Assembly: GCA_002189035.1 (NCBI GenBank)
Contig: NEEC01000239.1
Coordinates: forward strand, 1 to 20,515
Source of the DNA: Utricularia gibba
Taxonomy: Eukaryota; Plantae; Magnoliophyta
Reading direction: 5' to 3'
Length of the DNA stretch: 20,515 bases
Position 1 is the stretch's first letter, and every line of letters begins with the position of its first letter. The notes under the pieces were generated by a model, which saw only the letters and a list, made by a program, of their open reading frames with translations, was not told where the DNA came from and made no database searches. Position numbers and translations under genes: made by a program. Below are positions 1-7,398 of the stretch, in pieces.

Positions 1-100
1 TGGTAATAATTAAGTCAAAGAAGCTTTCACAGTTATCCTACGGTTTAATAAATAATGTATTTCAATTATTTTATAATTAATAACCATATGATATGATTAT
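1..100. mobile_element. Foldback element, partial copy (outer end of right arm)
   Basis: Matches the right-arm end of the full copies (...ATATGATTAT), cut by the window edge. Confidence 0.7.
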
Positions 101-325
101 GATTAGAGATGGGCCTGGGTTGGATCCATTCAGGTTCGGACCCAACCCGATGAAATTCTGGGTATTACAGTTTGCATGACCCATGGGGTTGTCTTTCTGT
201 TCAACCGAACGGGTTAAACCCTACGGGTTTTGGGGCCGAACCGAACCAAGGGTTTATCAATTTTATTTTTTTATTTTTGGCTTATTGTATTTTATGGTTG
301 TTTTTCTTTTTTTTCCACGGCCGTA

Positions 326-405
326 TGGCCTTGTGGCTGCTGCTCGAGCACGCGGCATTAACCAAGCCCATGTGGCCTCGTGGTGCTGCTGCGTATGCAC
401 ACGGG
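326..405 (+). repeat. Degenerate two-copy direct repeat, period 47-48 bp (each unit)
   Basis: TGGCCTTGTGGCTGCTGCTCGAGCACGCGG at 326 versus TGGCCTCGTGGTGCTGCTGCGTATGCACACGGG at 373. Confidence 0.7.
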
Positions 406-1260
406 CTGGGGGTCGCGCCGGGCATGAGCCCAAAGTCAGTTTTAGCCCGGCGAAAAAAGGGATGCATTTCTTAGCGTTGGGTTATCACGAGCCGCCTAAT
501 TTTTTTTCGTGGAACACCATCTAGTTTTGTGGGGGGGCGCTCTCGAGGGGCCCTTGGCTTGGGCCCCGGGTTCGGTCTGGCTGATGAGCCCACTCTGGTC
601 CCACTCGGCGAAAATCGTGACACATTTGTTGAAATTAGGATGTCACGTGCACCCAACACGGTTTTTTCAACAACACGCTTTATACTTGTGGAGACGCTCT
701 CGGGGGCACTCGAATCTTCCCATACGTCGTACCAGGCTCGAGCGTAAAGTCATTGTAGCCCGGCAAAGAAAGTGATGCATTTATTAACTTTGGGTTGTCA
801 CGAGCCGCCTAAATGGTTTTCCATGGAACACCTTCTAGTTTTGGGGGGGAGGGGAGCGGGCGCTGCGCCTCGTCCGGGCCCCGGGAGCCCGGTCCCGTCC
901 GACTCGACGAAAATCGTGATGCATTTGTTGAAGTTAGGATGTCACGAGAACCGCACACGTTTTTTTCAACAACACACTTTATACTTAAGGAGGAGCTCTC
1001 GGGGGGCACCCTGATCGAGCCGGAGGTCGTGCCGAACTCAGGCCCAAAGTCAGCAGTAGCGCGCCAAAAAAAGTGATGCATTTATTAACGTTGGGTTGTG
1101 ACGAGACGCGTATATGGTTTTTGAAGGAACACCTCCTCGTATTGAGGCGGGCGCTCTCGAGGGGCCCTTGGCCCGGGCCCCGGGTTCGGACGGGCTCATG
1201 GGCCCACTCGACGAAAATCATGATGCATTTGTTGAAATTGGGATGTCACGTGCACCCCAC
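403..1260 (+). repeat. Embedded GC-rich satellite block, A/B dimer of 144-159-bp monomers, unit 1
   Basis: Monomers start with GATGCATTT(A/G)TT...TGTCACG at 461 (A1, 158 bp), 619 (B1, 155), 774 (A2, 144), 918 (B2, 157), 1075 (A3, 147) and 1222 (B3, truncated). Positions 403-460 match the tail of a B monomer (GCCCAAAGTCAG...AAAAAA). Confidence 0.9.
843..860 (+). other. Putative G-quadruplex-forming sequence in monomer A2
   Basis: GGGGGGGAGGGGAGCGGG can be parsed as GGG-G-GGG-A-GGGG-AGC-GGG, which fits the G3+N1-7 x4 pattern. G-run lengths vary between units. Confidence 0.45.
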
Positions 1261-1625
1261 ATTTGTTGAGCGAGGACGGCCAATTTTAGAGACTCGATGG
1301 GCCATTCTTCGATCAGCGTCCTACTATCTAGTTCAAACTCAAAGTCACATTATTCTTGCACAATTTCGTATGAATGAATATGGGATATGATCCGTTGGAA
1401 GCCCAAGTGTTAGAGAATTTTACTGAATCTGCTGAGCAAGGGGTTGTGAGTTCATAACAGCTGTTGAAACCTCCCAGGGTGGTGTGCGTGGCGTGATGAG
1501 CTTTCTACAATGACAAAAAAAATATTTTTATAATCATGTGATATATGTTTATTAATATAAATAATGTAAATACGTTAGTTATTAAAGCATATACTACATG
1601 TGAAAGTTTCTTAGTTTTTAATTTT

Positions 1626-2330
1626 ATTAGCATTCGACCCTTAGTTATACTTTGGATGGAGTGTGCATTTTTATTTTAATCATTTTAATTAGCATTCGAT
1701 CCTTGGTTAAGATTCCAATCGAGTGTATATTTTTTATTTGAACGATTCTATTTGCATTCGATTCTAAGATATGATGCGGATCGAGCGTATATTTTTTATT
1801 TTAATATTTTTATTGGCTTTCGGTCTTTAGACATGATTCGGATCGAGTGGAGATGGTTTACTTGAAACTTGTGTTAACGCTCGATCCTTAGGAGCAATGT
1901 GGAGCGTGTTTACATTGCAAGGGCACACGGGCGTGGGTTGTGCGTAAACCACGCCCGTGTGGCATGGCATTGTAATGTATACACGTTCTAAATTGCTCCT
2001 AACGGTGGAACGCTAATTAAGATTTAAAATAAATGAATATGCACTCGATCCAAAGTATACCTAAGGATCTAAGGCTAATAAAAATATGAGAGTGAAAAAT
2101 ATACGCTCGATCCGCAGCATACCTAACGTTCGAATGCTAATAAAAATATTAAAAAAAAAAATACGCGCTCGATCCGCATTATACTTAAGGATCGAATGAT
2201 AATAAAAATATTTAAAGTAAAAAAATAGCAAATATGATCTGAATCATAACCAAGGATCGAATGCTAATTAAATTGACTAAAGTAAAATACACACTCCATC
2301 CAAAGTACAACTGAGGATCAAATGGTAATA
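1626..2330. repeat. ~62-bp subrepeats inside the foldback arms: 5 forward in the left arm, 6 inverted in the right arm (present in every unit)
   Basis: Approximate consensus TTAGCATTCGATCCTTAGGTATGATGCGGATCGAGTGTATATTTTTTATTTTAAT. Dyad starts at 1634, 1696, 1758, 1820, 1881, then 1983, 2045, 2107, 2169, 2234, 2295. Confidence 0.9.
1924..1961. other. Perfect 13-bp GC-rich hairpin at the foldback axis (one per unit)
   Basis: CACACGGGCGTGG (1924-1936), a 12-nt loop GTTGTGCGTAAA, then CCACGCCCGTGTG (1949-1961). Confidence 0.92.
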
Positions 2331-2427
2331 ATTAAGTCAAAGAAGCTTTCACAGTTATCCTACGGTTTAATAAATAATGTATTTCAATTATTTATAATTT
2401 AATAAACCTATATCATATGATTATGAT

Positions 2428-2587
2428 TAGAGATGGGCCTGGGTTGGATCCATTCAGGTTCGGACCCAACCCGATGAAATTCTGGGTATTACAGTTTGCA
2501 TGACCCATGGGGTTGTCTTTCTGTTCAACCCGAACGGGTTAAACCCTACGGGTTTTGATTGGGCCCGAACCGAACCAAGGGTTTATC
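2428..2587 (+). mobile_element. Solo hAT-like transposon terminus with subterminal motif cluster (also starting at 104, 4761, 7096, 9431, 11766, 14100, 16430, 18764)
   Basis: TAGAGATGGG resembles plant hAT TIR starts (Ds TAGGGATGAAA, nDart TAGAGGTGGCC). It is followed by about ten GGGTT/AACCC/GAACC motifs and short hairpins (GGGTTGGATCC...GGACCCAACCC; AACCCGAACGGGTT). I found no matching opposite end (CCCATCTCTA-like) in the unit. Confidence 0.45.
2434..2565 (+). promoter_or_regulatory. Telo-box flanked by site II motifs (motif match only; each unit)
   Basis: TGGGCC at 2434-2439, AAACCCTA at 2541-2548, TGGGCC at 2560-2565. No downstream gene is present. Confidence 0.25.
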
Positions 2588-2729
2588 AATTTTATTTTTA
2601 TTTTTGGCTTATTGTATTTTATGGTTGTTTTTCTTTTTTTCCACGGCCGTATGGCCTTGTGGCTGCTGCTCGAGCACGCGGGCATTAACCAAGCCCATGT
2701 GGCCTCGTGGTGCTGCTGCGTATGCACAC

Positions 2730-3589
2730 GGGCTGGGGGTCGCGCCGGGCATGAGCCCAAAGTCAGTTTTAGCCCGGCGAAAAAAGGGATGCATTTCTTA
2801 GCGTTGGGTTATCACGAGCCGCCTAATTTTTTTTCGTGGAACACCATCTAGTTTTGTGGGGGGGCGCTCTCGAGGGGCCCTTGGCTTGGGCCCCGGGTTC
2901 GGTCTGGCTGATGAGCCCACTCTGGTCCCACTCGGCGAAAATCGTGACACATTTGTTGAAATTAGGATGTCACGTGCACCCAACACGGTTTTTTCAACAA
3001 CACGCTTTATACTTGTGGAGACGCTCTCGGGGGCACTCGAATCTTCCCATACGTCGTACCAGGCTCGAGCGTAAAGTCATTGTAGCCCGGCAAAGAAAGT
3101 GATGCATTTATTAACTTTGGGTTGTCACGAGCCGCCTAAATGGTTTTCCATGGAACACCTTCTAGTTTTGGGGGGGAGGGGAGCGGGCGCTGCGCCTCGT
3201 CCGGGCCCCGGGAGCCCGGTCCCGTCCGACTCGACGAAAATCGTGATGCATTTGTTGAAGTTAGGATGTCACGAGAACCGCACACGGTTTTTTTCAACAA
3301 CACACTTTATACTTAAGGAGGAGCTCTCGGTGGGGCACCCTGATCGAGCCGGAGGTCGTGCCGAACTCAGGCCCAAAGTCAGCAGTAGCGCGCCAAAAAA
3401 AGTGATGCATTTATTAACGTTGGGTTGTGACGAGACGCGTATATGGTTTTTGAAGGAACACCTCCTCGTATTGAGGCGGGCGCTCTCGAGGGGCCCTTGG
3501 CCCGGGCCCCGGGTTCGGACGGGCTCATGGGCCCACTCGACGAAAATCATGATGCATTTGTTGAAATTGGGATGTCACGTGCACCCCAC
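2730..3589 (+). repeat. Embedded A/B satellite block, unit 2
   Basis: Same as 403-1260. Confidence 0.9.
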
Positions 3590-3859
3590 ATTTGTTGAGC
3601 GAGGACGGCCAATTTTAGAGACTCGATGGGCCATTCTTCGATCAGCGTCCTACTATCTAGTTCAAACTCAAAGTCACATTATTCTTGCACAATTTCGTAT
3701 GAATGAATATGGGATATGATCCGTTGGAAGCCCAAGTGTTAGAGAATTTTACTGAATCTGCTGAGCAAGGGGTTGTGAGTTCATAACAGCTGTTGAAACC
3801 TCTCCAGGGTGGTGTGCGTGGCGTGATGAGCTTTCTACAATGACAAAAAAAATATTTTT

Positions 3860-4757
3860 ATAATCATGTGATATATGTTTATTAAAATATAAATAATGTA
3901 AATACGTTAGTTATTAAAGCATATACTACATGTGAAAGTTTCTTAGTTTTTAATTTTATTAGCATTCGACCCTTAGTTATACTTTGGATGGAGTGTGCAT
4001 TTTTATTTTAATCATTTTAATTAGCATTCGATCCTTGGTTAAGATTCCAATCGAGTGTATATTTTTTATTTGAACGATTCTATTTGCATTCGATTCTAAG
4101 ATATGATGCGGATCGAGCGTATATTTTTTATTTTAATATTTTATTGGCTTTCGGTCTTTAGACATGATTCGGATCGAGTGGAGATGGTTTACTTGAAACT
4201 TGTGTTAACGCTCGATCCTTAGGAGCAATGTGGAGCGTGTTTACATTGCAAGGGCACACGGGCGTGGGTTGTGCGTAAACCACGCCCGTGTGGCATGGCA
4301 TTGTAATGTATACACGTTCTAAATTGCTCCTAACGGTGGAACGCTAATTAAGATTTAAAATAAATGAATATGCACTCGATCCAAAGTATACCTAAGGATC
4401 TAAGGCTAATAAAAATATGAGAGTGAAAAATATACGCTCGATCCGCAGCATACCTAACGTTCGAATGCTAATAAAAAATATTAAAATAAAAAATACGCGC
4501 TCGATCCGCATTATACTTAAGGATCGAATGATAATAAAAATATTTAAAGTAAAAAAATAGCAAATATGATCTGAATCATAACCAAGGATCGAATGCTAAT
4601 TAAATTGACTAAAGTAAAAATACACACTCCATCCAAAGTACAACTGAGGATCAAATGGTAATAATTAAGTCAAAGAAGCTTTCACAGTTATCCTACGGTT
4701 TAATAAATAATGTATTTCAATTATTTATAATTTAATAAACCTATATCATATGATTAT
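3860..4757. mobile_element. Foldback element, copy 2 (898 bp)
   Basis: Same structure as 1530-2424. Confidence 0.75.
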
Positions 4758-5062
4758 GATTAGAGATGGGCCTGGGTTGGATCCATTCAGGTTCGGACCC
4801 AACCCGATGAAATTCTGGGTATTACAGTTTGCATGACCCATGGGGTTGTCTTTCTGTTCAACCCGAACGGGTTAAACCCTACGGGTTTTGATTGGGCCCG
4901 AACCGAACCAAGGGTTTATCAATTTTATTTTTATTTTTGGCTTATTGTATTTTATGGTTGTTTTTCTTTTTTTCCACGGCCGTATGGCCTTGTGGCTGCT
5001 GCTCGAGCACGCGGGCATTAACCAAGCCCATGTGGCCTCGTGGTGCTGCTGCGTATGCACAC

Positions 5063-5923
5063 GGGCTGGGGGTCGCGCCGGGCATGAGCCCAAAGTCAGT
5101 TTTAGCCCGGCGAAAAAAGGGATGCATTTCTTAGCGTTGGGTTATCACGAGCCGCCTAATTTTTTTTCGTGGAACACCATCTAGTTTTGTGGGGGGGCGC
5201 TCTCGAGGGGCCCTTGGCTTGGGCCCCGGGTTCGGTCTGGCTGATGAGCCCACTCTGGTCCCACTCGGCGAAAATCGTGACACATTTGTTGAAATTAGGA
5301 TGTCACGTGCACCCAACACGGTTTTTTCAACAACACGCTTTATACTTGTGGAGACGCTCTCGGGGGGCACTCGAATCTTCCCATACGTCGTACCAGGCTC
5401 GAGCGTAAAGTCATTGTAGCCCGGCAAAGAAAGTGATGCATTTATTAACTTTGGGTTGTCACGAGCCGCCTAAATGGTTTTCCATGGAACACCTTCTAGT
5501 TTTGGGGGGGAGGGGAGCGGGCGCTGCGCCTCGTCCGGGCCCCGGGAGCCCGGTCCCGTCCGACTCGACGAAAATCGTGATGCATTTGTTGAAGTTAGGA
5601 TGTCACGAGAACCGCACACGGTTTTTTTCAACAACACACTTTATACTTAAGGAGGAGCTCTCGGTGGGGCACCCTGATCGAGCCGGAGGTCGTGCCGAAC
5701 TCAGGCCCAAAGTCAGCAGTAGCGCGCCAAAAAAAGTGATGCATTTATTAACGTTGGGTTGTGACGAGACGCGTATATGGTTTTTGAAGGAACACCTCCT
5801 CGTATTGAGGCGGGCGCTCTCGAGGGGCCCTTGGCCCGGGCCCCGGGTTCGGACGGGCTCATGGGCCCACTCGACGAAAATCATGATGCATTTGTTGAAA
5901 TTGGGATGTCACGTGCACCCCAC
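5063..5923 (+). repeat. Embedded A/B satellite block, unit 3
   Basis: Same as 403-1260. Confidence 0.9.
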
Positions 5924-6193
5924 ATTTGTTGAGCGAGGACGGCCAATTTTAGAGACTCGATGGGCCATTCTTCGATCAGCGTCCTACTATCTAGTTCAAA
6001 CTCAAAGTCACATTATTCTTGCACAATTTCGTATGAATGAATATGGGATATGATCCGTTGGAAGCCCAAGTGTTAGAGAATTTTACTGAATCTGCTGAGC
6101 AAGGGGTTGTGAGTTCATAACAGCTGTTGAAACCTCTCCAGGGTGGTGTGCGTGGCGTGATGAGCTTTCTACAATGACAAAAAAAATATTTTT

Positions 6194-7092
6194 ATAATCA
6201 TGTGATATATGTTTATTAAAATATAAATAATGTAAATACGTTAGTTATTAAAGCATATACTACATGTGAAAGTTTCTTAGTTTTTAATTTTATTAGCATT
6301 CGACCCTTAGTTATACTTTGGATGGAGTGTGCATTTTTATTTTAATCATTTTAATTAGCATTCGATCCTTGGTTAAGATTCCAATCGAGTGTATATTTTT
6401 TATTTGAACGATTCTATTTGCATTCGATTCTAAGATATGATGCGGATCGAGCGTATATTTTTTATTTTAATATTTTTATTGGCTTTCGGTCTTTAGACAT
6501 GATTCGGATCGAGTGGAGATGGTTTACTTGAAACTTGTGTTAACGCTCGATCCTTAGGAGCAATGTGGAGCGTGTTTACATTGCAAGGGCACACGGGCGT
6601 GGGTTGTGCGTAAACCACGCCCGTGTGGCATGGCATTGTAATGTATACACGTTCTAAATTGCTCCTAACGGTGGAACGCTAATTAAGATTTAAAATAAAT
6701 GAATATGCACTCGATCCAAAGTATACCTAAGGATCTAAGGCTAATAAAAATATGAGAGTGAAAAATATACGCTCGATCCGCAGCATACCTAACGTTCGAA
6801 TGCTAATAAAAAATATTAAAATAAAAAATACGCGCTCGATCCGCATTATACTTAAGGATCGAATGATAATAAAAATATTTAAAGTAAAAAAATAGCAAAT
6901 ATGATCTGAATCATAACCAAGGATCGAATGCTAATTAAATTGACTAAAGTAAAAATACACACTCCATCCAAAGTACAACTGAGGATCAAATGGTAATAAT
7001 TAAGTCAAAGAAGCTTTCACAGTTATCCTACGGTTTAATAAATAATGTATTTCAATTATTTATAATTTAATAAACCTATATCATATGATTAT
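6194..7092. mobile_element. Foldback element, copy 3 (899 bp)
   Basis: Same structure as 1530-2424. Confidence 0.75.
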
Positions 7093-7398
7093 GATTAGAG
7101 ATGGGCCTGGGTTGGATCCATTCAGGTTCGGACCCAACCCGATGAAATTCTGGGTATTACAGTTTGCATGACCCATGGGGTTGTCTTTCTGTTCAACCCG
7201 AACGGGTTAAACCCTACGGGTTTTGATTGGGCCCGAACCGAACCAAGGGTTTATCAATTTTATTTTTTATTTTTGGCTTATTGTATTTTATGGTTGTTTT
7301 TCTTTTTTTCCACGGCCGTATGGCCTTGTGGCTGCTGCTCGAGCACGCGGGCATTAACCAAGCCCATGTGGCCTCGTGGTGCTGCTGCGTATGCACAC

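Larger units (their letters stand above)
1530..2424. mobile_element. Foldback / long-inverted-repeat element, non-autonomous, copy 1 (~895 bp)
   Basis: The left end ATAATCATGTGATATATGTTTATTAA is the reverse complement of the right end TTAATAAACCTATATCATATGATTAT. In full-length copies the outer 79 bp align without gaps at 65/79 by hand count. The arms continue to pair through ~62-bp subrepeats to a central hairpin at 1924-1961. No ORF and no target-site duplication seen. The inverted repeat is directly visible; a transposon origin (foldback/MULE-like) is inference. Confidence 0.75.

Noticed and set aside
160-170. CRESS-DNA virus origin (GGGTATTAC), given a unit length similar to small circular viruses
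   Set aside because: It does not fit NANTATTAC, has only a 3-bp flanking stem, and no Rep or capsid ORF exists.
61-250. Unit 1 looks more divergent and shorter (2322 bp) than the others
   Set aside because: The differences are almost all small deletions in or near homopolymers, typical of lower-quality long-read consensus rather than real divergence.
642-649. GTCACGTG, matching yeast CDEI (RTCACRTG) or a G-box; also in monomer B3
   Set aside because: No CDEII/CDEIII arrangement follows, and an 8-mer in a satellite start box is uninformative.
403-1260. CENP-B box (TTCGNNNNANNCGGG) in the satellite monomers
   Set aside because: None of the TTCG or CCCG sites I checked by eye fits the spacing; I did not run an exhaustive scan.
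1287-1303. TAGAGACTCGATGGGCC resembles the hAT-like end TAGAGATGGGCC with a 5-bp insertion
   Set aside because: It has the same orientation as the first end, so it cannot be the partner TIR, and it lacks subterminal motifs; probably chance.
1290-1332. Helitron 3' end (CTAG followed by T)
   Set aside because: The required short GC-rich hairpin about 10-15 nt upstream is missing, and CTAGT also occurs in monomers A1 and A2.
1393-1460. tRNA or tRNA-derived SINE (AGCCCAAGTGTTAGAG and GTGAGTTCATAAC resemble A and B boxes at about the right spacing)
   Set aside because: The D stem and T stem do not pair, and both boxes deviate from consensus; no cloverleaf can be drawn.
1493-1500. Box C motif GTGATGA of a C/D snoRNA
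   Set aside because: There is no CTGA box D within normal distance downstream and no terminal stem.
1-2322. Intact rDNA (45S or 5S) repeat
   Set aside because: No rRNA coding sequence is recognisable and no TATATAGGG-type Pol I initiation site is seen. IGS ancestry of the A/B subrepeats remains untested.
1626-2330. CRISPR-like look of regularly spaced palindromic repeats
   Set aside because: The intervening sequences are homologous A/T tracts rather than unique spacers, the repeats are degenerate and flip orientation at the axis, and there are no cas genes.
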